From: Octopus vulgaris
Taxonomy: Eukaryota
NCBI GenBank assembly: GCA_951406725.2
Contig: OX597840.1
Span: 18,786,001-18,850,000, forward strand
Reading direction: 5' to 3'
DNA: 64,000 nt
Below are positions 41,471 through 55,360 of this stretch, piece after piece. Below the pieces are notes generated by a model. The model worked only from the letters and a program-made list of their open reading frames with translations, had not been told where the DNA came from and ran no database searches. Position 1 is the first letter of the stretch, and each line of letters starts with the position of its first letter. The translations under genes were made by a program, and so were the position numbers.

Positions 41471-43790
41471 TCAGAACGTAGGGGCAGACGAAATACCTAT
41501 TTCTTTATTACCCACAACGGGCTAAACATAGAGGGGACAAACAAAGACAGACATAGGTATTAAGTCGATTAAAACGAACCCAGTGCGTAACTGGTACTTA
41601 ATTTATCGACCCCGAAAGGATGAAAGGCAAAGTCGACCTCGGCGGAATTTGAACTCAGAACATAGCAGCAGACGAAATACCTATTTCTTTACTACCCACA
41701 AGGGGCTAAACACATAGGAGACAAACAAGGACAGACAAACGGATTAAGTCGATTACATCGACCCCAGTGCGAAAAAGGTACTTAATTTATCGACCCCGAA
41801 AGGATGAAAGGCAAAGTCGACCTCGGCGGAATTTGAACTCAGAACGTAATGGCAGACGAAATACCTATTTCTTTACTACTCACAAGGGGCTAAACACATA
41901 GGAGACAAACAAGGACAGACAAACGGATTAAGTCGATTACATCGACCCCAGTGCGAAAAAGGTACTTAATTTATCGACCCCGAAAGGATGAAAGGCAAAG
42001 TCGACCTCGGCGGAATTTGAACTCAGAACGTAATGGCAGACGAAATACCTATTTCTTTACTACTCACAAGGGGCTAAACACATAGGAGACAAACAAGGAC
42101 AGACAAACGGATTAAGTCGATTACATCGACCCCAGTGCGAAAAAGGTACTTAATTTATCGACCCCGAAAGGATGAAAGGCAAAGTCGACCTCGGCGGAAT
42201 TTGAACTCAGAACATAGCAGCAGACGAAATACCTAATTTCTTTACTACCCACAAGGGCTAAACACATAGGAGACAAACAAGGACAGACAAACGGATTAAG
42301 TCGATTACATCGACCCCAGTGCGAAAAAGGTACTTAATTTATCGACCCCGAAAGGATGAAAGGCAAAGTCGACCTCGGCGGAATTTGAACTCAGAACGTA
42401 ATGGCAGACGAAATACCTATTTCTTTACTACTCACAAGGGGCTAAACACATAGGAGACAAACAAGGACAGACAAACGGATTAAGTCGATTACATCGACCC
42501 CAGTGCGAAAAAGGTACTTAATTTATCGACCCCGAAAGGATGAAAGGCAAAGTCGACCTCGGCGGAATTTGAACTCAGAACGTAATGGCAGACGAAATAC
42601 CTATTTCTTTACTACTCACAAGGGGCTAAACACATAGGAGACAAACAAGGACAGACAAACGGATTAAGTCGATTACATCGACCCCAGTGCGAAAAAGGTA
42701 CTTAATTTATCGACCCCGAAAGGATGAAAGGCAAAGTCGACCTCGGCGGAATTTGAACTCAGAACATAGCAGCAGACGAAATACCTATTTCTTTACTACC
42801 CACAAGGGCTAAACACATAGGAGACAAACAAGGACAGACAAACGGATTAAGTCGATTACATCGACCCCAGTGCGAAAAAGGTACTTAATTTATCGACCCC
42901 GAAAGGATGAAAGGCAAAGTCGACCTCGGCGGAATTTGAACTCAGAACGTAATGGCAGACGAAATACCTATTTCTTTACTACTCACAAGGGGCTAAACAC
43001 ATAGGAGACAAACAAGGACAGACAAACGGATTAAGTCGATTACATCGACCCCAGTGCGAAAAAGGTACTTAATTTATCGACCCCGAAAGGATGAAAGGCA
43101 AAGTCGACCTCGGCGGAATTTGAACTCAGAACATAGCAGCAGACGAAATACCTATTTCTTTACTACTCACAAGGGGCTAAACACATAGGAGACAAACAAG
43201 GACAGACAAACGGATTAAGTCGATTACATCGACCCCAGTGCGAAAAAGGTACTTAATTTATCGACCCCGAAAGGATGAAAGGCAAAGTCGACCTCGGCGG
43301 AATTTGAACTCAGAACGTAATGACAGACGAAATACCTATTTCTTTACTACCCACAAGGGGCTAAACACATAGGAGACAAACAAGGACAGACAAACGGATT
43401 AAGTCGATTATATCGACCCCAGTGCGAAAAAGGTACTTAATTTATCGACCCCGAAAGGATGAAAGGCAAAGTCGACCTCTACGGAATTTGAACTCAGAAC
43501 GTAATGGCAGACGAAATATCGCTAAGCATTTCGCCCGGCGTGCTAACGACTCTGCCAGCTCGCCGCCTTTCCTCCTTTTACCCACAAGGGGCTAAACATA
43601 GAGGGGACAAACAAGGACAGAGAAACGGATTAAGTCGATTACATCGACCCCAGTACCTAACTGGTACTTAATTTATCGACCCCGAAAGGATGAAAGGCAA
43701 AGTCGACCTCGGCGGAATTTGAACTCAGGACGTAACGGCTACGCATTTCGCCCGGCGTGCTACCGATTCTGCCATCTCGCCGCCTTATAC
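41471..43790 (-). repeat. Tandem array of a 184-bp SINE-B-derived unit (11 full units, SINE head, then a further SINE copy)
   Basis: tcagaac recurs at 41471, 41655, 41839, 42023, 42207, 42391, 42575, 42759, 42942, 43126, 43310 and 43494. Confidence 0.97.
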
Positions 43791-44454
43791 ACACACACAC
43801 AAACGCATGCAAGTGTTTCAAAGAACACAAAACATACAAACGTGAACTCGCTATAAAACCAATCACAAACAAGATCACACACTCTCATACACTCACTCAC
43901 AGATACGCACACATGTACAACCACATACCCACAATCACACGCACACACACACAGTAACACACTCACACACACACATATACACACACTGCACCCTTCAAGC
44001 CGAACCAATAATCCTAAATTAAATCCCCACACGTGACTATAACCACCTGGTCAGGTATTGACGCTAAATCCTCCACCCTGCTGCCGACCGTAACGTTACC
44101 TGTACATGTCAGCCTCGCCACTGGCTGCAATTAACCTTAATGGCTGCATCTCACCGCTTTCACATTAAACCCCGATACGTGCTGATTGGCAACTTGGAGT
44201 TTCGGCAGAGAAGAGACACCGATCGAAGATTATCGATCACCGAGAAGTCTATATAATATCGCGGCCAGAAAATATTCTTCGGTTCTTCTGAAGAATGAGC
44301 TCCTACCAAACACGCTGAGTATTTGTCGTGCCATGTAATTATGATAGTTATCTGTATATGTGTGTGTGTGTGTTCGTATGTAGGTACATGTGTATGCGTG
44401 TGGATAACACTATGTGTGTGTGTGTGTGTTTATAAAAATGTGTGCATATGTGTG

Positions 44455-44579
<125 letters not shown>

Positions 44580-44667
44580 CTCTCTCTATATATATATATA
44601 TTGATATCAATATATATATATGTATGTATGTATATATGTGTGCGTGTGTGTGTATATATATATATAT

Positions 44668-44875
44668 ACTCTTTTACTCTTTTACTTGTTTCAGTCATTT
44701 GACTGCGGCCATGCTGGAGCACCGCCTTTAATCGAACAACCCGACCCCGGGACTTATTCTTTTTTGAGCCCAGTACTTATTCTATCGGTCTGTTTTGCTG
44801 AACCGCTAAGTAACGGGGACATAAACACACCAGCATCGGTTATCAAGCAATGCTAGGGGGACAAACACAGACACA

Positions 44876-44951
<76 letters not shown>

Positions 44952-45120
44952 CATATATACGACGGGCTTCTTTCAGTTTTCATCTACCAAATCCACTCAC
45001 AAGGCTTTGGTCGGCCCGAGGCTATAGTAGAAGACACTTGCACAAGGTGCCACGCAGTGGGACTGAACCCGGAAACATGTGGTTGGTAAACAAGCTACTT
45101 ACCACGCAGCCGCTCCTATT
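44668..45120 (-). mobile_element. SINE family A copy
   Basis: Reverse-complement homology to 18484-18910. Confidence 0.9.
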
Positions 45121-45150
45121 TGTATATATGTATACATACATAAAGATATA

Positions 45151-45220
<70 letters not shown>

Positions 45221-45290
45221 GAGTAAACACATAAATGTGAAACAAGGTGGAAAAAAGAGTACTCAAATACCAGTGGTAGAGTAATATGCT

Positions 45291-45444
45291 TTATTTTAAG
45301 CAGCAGAAAATTCAACAAAATCTGTTACTCTGAGTTTCTCGTTGCCGTTCATCAGACAGTTTTTGCTAGAAAAAACTGTCTGATGAACGGCAACGAGAAA
45401 CTCAGAGTAACAGATTTTGTTGAATTTTCTGCTGCTTGAAATAA
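45291..45444. repeat. Near-perfect palindrome (about 74-bp arms), each arm carrying a minimal hammerhead-like motif
   Basis: Arms 45291-45364 and 45371-45444; CTGT-CTGATGA-ACGGCAACGA-GAAA-CTCAGAG-TA-ACAG on each strand. Confidence 0.85.
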
Positions 45445-45445
45445 G

Positions 45446-45489
<44 letters not shown>

Positions 45490-45507
45490 ATGGCATGATA
45501 ATACCAT

Positions 45508-45573
<66 letters not shown>

Positions 45574-45764
45574 GTATGTTTTTACTTGTTTCAGTCATTA
45601 CACTGCGGCCATGCTGGGGCATCGCTCTGAAGAATTTTTGTAGGACGAATCGATCCCAGTACTTATTGTATTTCGTTTTTGTTTTAAAGCTTGGTACTTA
45701 CACTAATGTCTCTTTTACCGAACCACTAATGGGTCAGAAAAAAGTAAATACTGGTCAACCTGGT

Positions 45765-46380
45765 GCCTGATTGTCGTCCCTTGCTCCACTTCGTGGCTAA
45801 ACAGACTGGTGCGTTTGCTCTTCTGCTTCTTGTGGAATGGAAGGGTACTGCTTGTCAGCACCCGTTGCGTAGAGGACTGGGCACGCCGTGGCTGATGATG
45901 CGCCAACATTCGCTGAGGCTGCGACATCTCCAGCGATACTTTAGCGTGAGCAAGTGTGGTTGCCGTTTGTTAGACACGCTTTTCCTCAGCTTGTCTCCTT
46001 GACGGAGCTAAAGTCCTGGATCAAGCCTAGACCGAGACTGGTCGCTTGGCACCTAGAGTATCTCCAAACGGTCACAGCTGTCGGCGGAAGTTTCCACCTT
46101 GGAGTTCTATAGGGGATTAGTGGAGGGCAAGAGCGAAGACGATCTCGGAGAGACTCTGAGCGTTGAGAGGGATCAACTGGCTGGTCTCTTCCGGAGGACC
46201 TTCTGGCCGGGGCCTATGGATAATTTCCAGAAATCTCTGGACTGGCAGTGCTATCGGGGGGGGGGGCGCTGCCGGTTCGTGATAAGTTCTAAAGGCACGG
46301 ATGTGCAGTCAGACGATCTTGTCCGAGGTGCATGTGGAGCGAGGAAACTGTTCTGTATGCACCAGTACTGTGTCTGCTCA
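45765..46380 (+). mobile_element. L1/Tx1-like LINE ORF2 C-terminal fragment
   Basis: QHPLRRGLG.PWL and W.CYRG.LPVRDK..HG..CPRC...EETV.. (zf-RVT-like) across frameshifts. Confidence 0.65.
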
Positions 46381-46717
46381 TTGCTGACTTGTAGAGCTTC
46401 GTCGAACAGTTATTGTCACCTGTAAGACGGATCCAGTTATCGTCTGAGCCCACCGTGAAGATTGTCCCGCCTCCTTCCTTTGGTCGGGAAGGAAAGGTAG
46501 TTTTTCTCTGGTAGCTATGACGAAGGAGGTTGTATGGTGAACACAATTGAAAGATAGACTTTGTCTTCCGTCCTTTTGTTGTCGATAAAATAATGTGCCA
46601 GTGAAATACGGGGGTCGATGTAATCGACTTACATTCTTCATTCAAAATTTCAGGCCTTGTGTGTGGAGTAGAAATATTGCCATTATTTTCTGCCTTCCAT
46701 GTTTCATAATTTCGGAG

Positions 46718-46803
<86 letters not shown>

Positions 46804-46940
46804 ATATATATATATATATGAAATATATACATACAATATTAGATATGTACATATATACGCAAGGGTACTACATGAGTACGTATATCGCTAATGACAGAAG
46901 TCAAAAATACTTCTGTACCACCGAATAGTCAGCTGGCGGA

Positions 46941-46999
46941 CTTTGGCTGATGAGAAATGAGGCACCTATTTGTCGCTAAATTTCGAAACCGGTACCAGG
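46941..46999 (+). ncRNA. Type I hammerhead ribozyme, intact core
   Basis: Stem I TTTGG/CCAGG; CTGATGA; stem II GAAAT/ATTTC; GAAA; stem III ACCGGT; GUA cleavage after 46994. Confidence 0.8.
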
Positions 47000-47277
47000 T
47001 TGACCAGTATTTACTTTTTTCTGACCCATTTGAGGTAAGACATTATTATTGTTCACTGATAGTTTTTCCTATCTTGTCTGTAATAGATTTGTGACTTTTC
47101 GATGGTACAGAAGTATTTTTTGACATCTATCATTAGTGATATAGGTACTCATGTAGTACCCTTGTGTCTATATATGTACATATCTAATATTGTATGTATA
47201 TATTTTATTAATTTGCCTGTACAGCTGATAATTCGCTTACCACTTGTGATGGTATTTTGATAATACCATCCCTATAT

Positions 47278-47427
<150 letters not shown>

Positions 47428-47653
47428 GGATCTTCAAAGCAAAAAAGGCCAAACTAATATTAGCTGAAGTGTAATATTATTTATATTGGATATTTTATAT
47501 TGGTTGTTATGAAGCAGCGACATTGAGTGAAAAGCAACGGTTATTAGGTTTGAGTGGAGGATTTGAGTGTATCGATAGGATGGCATCGATACAGTTTAGA
47601 ATCAAACGAACGAGAAACGGACGGACACACACACACACATTTATCATACTTTT

Positions 47654-48290
47654 GTGTATGTATGTATTTATGCGTGTATGTATGTATGTATGTATGTATG
47701 TATGTATGTATGTATGTATGTATGTATGTATGTATGTGTGTATGTATGTGTGTATGTATGTATGTATGTATGTATGTATGTATGTATTTATGTATGTATG
47801 TGTGTATGTATGTGTGTATGTATGTATGTATGTATGTATGTATGTATGTATGTATGTATGTATGTATGTATGTGTGTATGTGTGTATGTGTGTGTGTATG
47901 TATGTATGTATGTATGTATGTATGTATGTATGTATGTATGTATGTATGTGTGTATGTGTGTATGTGTGTATGTGTGTATGTATGTATGTATGTGTGTATG
48001 TATGTATGTATGTATGTATGTATGTATGTGTGTATGTATGTATGTATGTATGTATGTATGTATGTATGTATGTATGTGTGTATGTGTGTATGTATGTATG
48101 TATGTATGTATGTATGTATGTATGTATGTATGTATGTATGTATGTGTGTATGTATGTATGTGTGTATGTATGTATGTGTTTATGTATGTATGTATGTATG
48201 TATGTATGTATGTGTATGTATGTATGTACGTATGTATGTGTGTGTGTATGTATGTATGTATGTATGTGTGTGTGTATGTATGTATGTATG

Positions 48291-48324
<34 letters not shown>

Positions 48325-48526
48325 TGTATGTATGTATGTATGTGTGTATGTGTGTATGTGTGTATGTGTGTATGTGTGTGTATGTATGTATGTATGTGTG
48401 TATGTATGTATGTATGGATGTATGTACGTATGTGTGTATGTATGTATGTATGCATGTATGTATGTATGTATGTATGTATGTGTGTATGTATGTGTGTATG
48501 TATGTATGCATGCATGTATGTATGTA
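47654..48526. repeat. Long (TATG)n/(TG)n microsatellite
   Basis: Direct reading. Confidence 0.98.
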
Positions 48527-49586
48527 CTGCCCACCCCCTACATATATGTAGATTTTATTCGAAGCTGATTACGAATAACATTTACGCTTTATTGAAAGTC
48601 AAAAGAAAGACTTTATACATAAATAAATATAAAATCGTAAACCTTTTCAACTTTTCTCCAATCACGGACACACGGAGAAAAAGAGTTTAAAACATTCTCC
48701 TTCATAAGTTTCAAGGAAACGATTTTTGCCAACGTAAGGGAGACAACTCACATTAACTCCGTAATGAGTTAAACACGACACTGAACGGATCGATCCTCCA
48801 CGAAACGATGTTCGACAAATGCATGTATGTGTGTGTGAATGTAAAGACACACGCACACATACACATACATACAAACGTATATCCACTGAGAGAGAGGGGG
48901 CGGCGGTGAGAGAAAATGAGAGAGAGAGAGAGAGAGAGAGAAGGAGGGAGAGAGAGAGAGGGAGGGTTCAGAAACAGCATATTTCAAAGCTAGGTGTAAG
49001 AAACCGACTGGGATGTGAACGAGAGGAACAGCTTCACATATTTCGGAGTTATTTCCCCTGAACAGTCTCATACACTTCTACTTCCGAAAAAAATATTTAT
49101 CTAACTTCTGATCACCGCCCCCAACACGCATATATATATATATATGGGTGACAGAATAGAGTGACACATTCTTTATATATAAATGTGTGTGTGTATATAT
49201 ATATGTATGTATGTAAGTATGTATGTGTCTATGTACGTATGTATATAAATATAGGATAGTGGTACAACAACGCACCAATATTTACTGGAAATAACAGTAT
49301 ATATATATATATATATATGTATATATGAAAATAATAATGCAATACGAAATTATTGCTTTCCAGTAAAAGATAGCCCGTAAGGGTAAAATTATACATATAA
49401 AAGTAAATAAATGGTACAAAGAAGCACCGATACTTACTGGAAAATAGCGATCGTAATAAATACGACGCTATTGTATAGCTTCACTGCGTATATATTAGCA
49501 AAGTCGCGTGTGTGCAACAAACATGAAAAAAATTTGTCTTACCTCTAGGAAGAACATCTGATGAATGGACAACCTAGAATCGAATA

Positions 49587-49657
49587 ATGCAGGACCGGTT
49601 TCTGACTCTTCAAATACGTTTGACAACGTAAATTTGATTTGTCCTCATCAGCTGCAT
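49587..49657 (-). ncRNA. Type I hammerhead ribozyme
   Basis: Stem I ATGCAG/CTGCAT; CTGATGA; long stem II (GAC/GTC, TCAAAT/ATTTGA, TACGTT/AACGTA; first pair G.A); GAAA; stem III ACCGGT; GUC cleavage. Confidence 0.75.
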
Positions 49658-50022
49658 ATACCTGGACAAAATTTCACATGTTGCCACATCTATGCCAGTA
49701 CACTCGTCTGAACGCCATAACGTTAACAGAACGATAACAGTGAAGAAGTTTCAATGAAAATAATAATGCAATACGAAAGTATTGCTTTCCAGTAAGAGAT
49801 AGCCCGTAAGGGTAAAATTATACATATAAAAGTAAATAAATGGTACAACGAGGCACCGGTATTTACTGGAAAATAGCAATCGTGATAAATATTAATGTTT
49901 GTTGCACACACGCGTCTTTACTAGTATATACGCAGTGAAGCTATACAATAGCGTCGTATTTATTACGATTGCTATTTTCCAGTAGATATCGTAGTGGTAC
50001 AGGATAGTGGTACAACAACGCA

Positions 50023-50087
<65 letters not shown>

Positions 50088-50784
50088 ATATATAATTGCT
50101 TTGCAAGATTTTTTATGTGAAATCGTGTGTTGAAACAGATATTATTGTATTTCGGAATGGTCATTTTGCCAGTTTAGCCAATAAAAACACACGCACTATA
50201 TATTTGGTGTTATTTTGCTTCAGTGATATTTATTTTTTACATTAATCTTAATCTTATTTCGGCCAGAGTTCTTTCGTCACACTCCTGTGACCGCATCAGT
50301 GGTCCTTTGTTTTCTTCTTTCTTTTTTGTGTGTCTCCCCTTACTAACCGTCAGCCATTTTGTATTTCTATTGTATGTGTCTTCATTTGCGCATGCGTATA
50401 TCTCTATGTGCGTCTATGTTTAGTTAGGGTGTATGTGTGTGTGGGGGGGGCTGTAATATTTGTATCTTCTGTTTACATACGTTCGTGTAATTTGTTTTTG
50501 TTTTTGTTTTTGTATATTCTTATTTTGTTCATGTGTTTACACCCACTTATTATTATTATCATTATTATTACTTCTTTTTTTTCTTCTTTCAAATTTTCTT
50601 CCATTTCTTGCCGAGTGTCTTCCCGACTCCTAGGGCAAAGAAACTCATAGTGTATATTGGTAGGCCATTAAACCAAACTCAGTAGTTCGTTAATTTTTAA
50701 TTTTTTTTATTTATTTATTTTTTTTTAAAGTTAAATTAAAATGCATGAGCAGCAACAGTTCTCACATCGACAATGCTCTTCTCA

Positions 50785-50864
<80 letters not shown>

Positions 50865-50989
50865 GTATTTATGTATGTATGTATGTATAACAATAATAAT
50901 AGTAATAATAATAATTAAAAAAATGTATATAGTTATTTACTTCCATTTGTTTATTTATCTGTGTATTTTATTTTATTGTTTTCAGTTTT

Positions 50990-51380
50990 GTTTATATTGT
51001 AACCAGTTTATGGGGATCTTCTTCTGTCATATGTTGTGGTGTGTGCTAGTGTTCCATTCCAGTTTCCTATTCATGCAATAAGCATCTTTACATGACTGAT
51101 GGTCTTACGTAAACCAGTTATCTTTTGCTCCGTCCTCGAAACCCATGATGGTACTTTCTTTGTTATTACAGTAGTAGCCAGAGCATATAGACAGGCGTTA
51201 ATCTGCCAGTATGTGGGTTCATTACACTGTTGAAAATACTCATCACCAATTTCGTTAACAGCTTTTAATACCGTATCTGGTGGTTTTTTACTTACTTTGG
51301 TAGAGAATTCTCTCTCCTCGAGAAAGTCCTTCAAAACCAAAGTTATCTTTTTCTCGGAAAATTTCAGTAAGGGCACATAT
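50990..51380 (-). mobile_element. RLE LINE N-terminal fragment
   Basis: IN..LYA.A..P.W..R.E.KI..LRK.IS motif typical of the region preceding R4/Dong RT; lies close to (TATG)n. Confidence 0.55.
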
Positions 51381-51978
51381 CACTGACTACCACTATTACT
51401 ACAATAATCGTTGCGGTTGCGGTTATGTATGTATGTATGTATGTATGTATGTATGTATGTATGTATGCATGTATGTATGTATGTATGTATGTATGTATGT
51501 ATGTATGTGTGTATGTATGTATATATATATATATATATATTGTATATAATATGTATTCAAATATGTATTAGATGCATCTCGAGGTATATAAACAAACTCG
51601 ATGTGAGTTGTCTCGCTTGACTGACTGCGACTTACTTTCAGGTGTTTTCTTTTCTTTTGCACCAGGCGGCACATAGAGAATATATTTTCTTACGCTTAAA
51701 AACCGCAGCCGACCCACGAACTAACAACATACACGTCTTGTGTATGCGTGTTCCATTTTGTTTATATACCTCAAGCTGCTTCTAATTCATATTTGAATTT
51801 TTGAGTAGCATGAAACGCTGGGACATGCCAGCAGATGGTTTTTAAGTCCATTTAACATATAGTCATAGTCGGCGATGTGGTTTGCAGTGAGCCTTGCTCG
51901 GGATCCGTCATTGATAAGTCAAATCAATGACGAAACATTGATTTCGCTCCGAGGAGGGACCTGATGTGATTACACACA

Positions 51979-52067
<89 letters not shown>

Positions 52068-52329
52068 ACACACACACACATACACACACACACACACAAT
52101 AATAATTTCTTAAGCAACCAGAAGATGGAGTTGGTATTGATCTTTATTTTGTACAATGGTCGTTTCGACCCATCCCACAATTGTCTCTTATGGGGTGGTA
52201 CTCCGTTCAGCATATTGTATTGCATCCATTTTGCCGTCTGGGTCTCACAAGGTACATCCGTACATAAAGGTGTGTCTCATTAGAAATCTTGAGTTTTGGC
52301 AGTCATGTTGTTATATGCCCGTCTGTTTA

Positions 52330-55300
52330 GGGAATGAAACATTGATACGATTTTCAATTACTATTATCTTTAATACATGAGCGAGATGACCAGCCAATTC
52401 ATTCGCAGAATGCGATGGAAAGCTTCCTATTTCGACAAAAATGATAAGCGACCGAACGAGTCGGAACCACGCAACACACTTAAACGGGAATTTAAATCAC
52501 GGAATAATCCATCAACCAATAAACAAATCGCTAGATTCGAAGAAGCCTTATACAACATACACTCTCTTTTACTCTTTTCTCTTCTACTTGTTTCAGTCAT
52601 TTGACTGCGGCCATGCTGGAGCACCGCCTTTAATCGAGCAACTCAACACCGGGACTCTTTTGTAAGCCCAGTACTTATTCTATCGGTCTCTTTTGCCGAA
52701 CCGCTAAGTAACGGGGACATAAACACACCAGCATCGGTTGTCAAGCAATGCTAGGGGGACAAACACAGAAACACAAACATATACACACACATGCATATAT
52801 ACGACGGGCTTCTTTCAGTTTCCGTCTACCAAATCCACTCACAAGGCATTGGTCGGCCCGAGGCTATATTAGAATACACTTGCCCAAGGTGCCACGCAGT
52901 GGGACTGAACCCGGAACCATGTGGTTGGTAAACAAGCTACTTACTATACAGCCACTCCTGCGCCTATAGCAAAAATTCTACAAAATTGTAGAATTTAGAA
53001 AAAAGAAGACACAGAAGGGAGAACTGGCACAAAGAAAAACTAAGGAAACTTCTCGATGAGTTTGAAAAGTCCCCGGAAATACTTGTACCAGCGGATAAAA
53101 CCGGTAATATTTACACTGATGATTTTGATCTTTATAAGAATTTAATACGTAAGGAACTAAGTGGTAAATACAGACAAGCACACTCTGAAACACTAAATAA
53201 AATCAATAGACGGGTATTATAAATAGTGAACCACCTAGATATACACGATAGGGCTTTCGGATAGGCCCGAAACTTATGCACCAAGAAAACCTCGGAAAAT
53301 GCTGAAAGACCATAAACCGAATTTTCGGAGTGTCCCCTCAATTAGACTAACCTGCCCCTTGAAATCGGACAGCGGGAGAATAGGTAAGACGATAATAGAG
53401 AGAATACTGCCAAAAGTAAGATCTAAAAGCACTTTAACCCTGTGGTCAGACACACAGGGACTAATCGGGTGGTTCAACCAACTAGAAATAAATAAACATA
53501 GTAAATTCATTCAACTGGACATCGAGGGATAGTACGCCAACACGAACCCTATATTCTTAAATAAGGCATTAATCTACGCTAAGAGTAATTCAGATATTTC
53601 TAGATGCGAAATCGACGTAATACTAGCGGCGTGCGGAACCATTGTAGATTTTGATGGTAAACTGTGGAACCGGTTCGATAGAGAAGACGCATTCGATATT
53701 GCTATGGGATTCTTGGATTCTGCACAAGTCACCGATCTAGTCGGAGTCTACATCCTATCCCTGATCCAGTCCTTTCTCCCAGGAATCTGCGTTATTCTCC
53801 ATAAATATATTAAGTAGGGTAAAGCGAGAAAAGCACAAAAAATCTTTGGATTCTGAATAAACATAGATAACAAATACCATAGGGTAAGTTTCTTAGACGC
53901 TACTTTCAATTTAGATATTGGGCTGCACGAACCATTTCATAAGTCCAATGAGATAAACAATGGATCAAATCATCTATCATATACTATTAGGGGACTAGTT
54001 AGGAGCATTTCCGCCAGAATATCTAGATTATCCGCCAACAAAGATATTTTAACAAACACGCAGCCTATTATAACGCTACTCTAGCCACGGCCGGCTACCG
54101 TGCGAAAATCTGATACGCGGGTAGTAGTAGGAATAATAATAACGATCCTATTAAACCAAATAGCTCAGCGAGTAGTAGTAAGAGTAATTATATTAACACA
54201 GAGTGCTCAGGGAATAACCCCACAAGACATGGCACTAACCACTCGCACAACGTTCAAAACCGACGTAAAGGTATCCCAAACCATAAGAATAGGGCAATCA
54301 GAAGTAGGTACATGAGAACTAATAATGGGATAGAAAAAAACAGAAGCGGACAATAAACCAGCACAATTAAACACAGGAAAGCGCAAAATCTCAACGTCAC
54401 CCCAAACACCCGAACAAATAAACCGAATAGGAAATACAAGAATCATGATGTCCTCTGGTACAATGCGATCTGGGGCTCGAACATCTCATCCAGGATCGGG
54501 AAACAGTTCTTCGCAGCACTCGATTGTTGCTTCCCTAAAAACAGCACGTACAGCCAGCTGTTCAACCGGCACACTGTAAAGCAAGCATATGCTAACGCAT
54601 CGAAGATGGAGCACCACATTCATAGAATTAACAACCAAAAAGTAAGGCAGCATCGAAAATAGGCCATCAAAAATTGATGGTGACGTATAACAACCCTAGA
54701 GACAGTGCAAATACCAACCATATAACACACCACAGTAACAGTGACTCGAACAATAATACAAACCAACAGAGAAAAAACAACTGCAACAAACTTACTAACC
54801 AACTCACACATGATAGCCACAACAACACAAACGCACCAAGCAATAATAAAAATAATAATAGGGTAGCCACAAGCACGAATGGAAATAGAACCGACCAGAG
54901 AGATACCGGCTGTACACACGCAAACAAGAAAACTGACAATCTTTGCTCATGCAGGGACAGTTCGAAATGTCCTCTGGGTAACCAATGCAAGACCCGAAAT
55001 GTCGTGTACAAGTGCACCGTAGATATTATAGGACGTCTCTACGTATATATTTGTGCATCGGTTGATATTTTCAAAAATAGATATAGAAACCACACAGCCA
55101 ACTTTTGTAAAATCCTTTAACGGCACGCAGCATCATTGGCCAATTTCATCTGGCGACTCAAGGAAGATAAAGTAAAATACGACCTGACCTGGTCAATAAT
55201 TAAACATGCGAGTCCCTACAACACACTATTCCAGAAATGCCAGCTATGTTCCGAAGAATCGCTGTCAAAAGAGCGAATTATAAATAAATTTGCTGAAGGA

Positions 55301-55360
55301 CTGCCCAGATGCATGCATACAGCTAAACACCAGTTCACACAGTACAATGCAAACTAACCT
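52330..55360 (+). mobile_element. Degenerate Penelope-like element (Naiad-like): RT and GIY-YIG endonuclease
   Basis: FIRRMRWKA, PADKTGN, LKDHKPNF..RL..P.KS, FIQLDIE, FDIAMG..DSAQV.DLVG, SFLD; CSCRDSSKC (CxCx5C) PL..C..NVVYK, FKNRYRNH, CQLC..E, C.H; many stops and frameshifts. Confidence 0.9.
52562..52967 (-). mobile_element. SINE family A copy inserted into the Penelope ORF
   Basis: Reverse-complement homology; interrupts the RT N-terminal region. Confidence 0.9.

Noticed and set aside
41471-43790. CRISPR-like regular array
   Set aside because: No unique spacers; whole 184-bp units repeat; eukaryotic SINE origin; no cas genes
47507-48690. Long ORFs (up to 378 aa) of YVCM/HTYI type, and all similar [12 protein letters not shown] and poly-I/N ORFs
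   Set aside because: Translations of stop-free microsatellites; no coding signal
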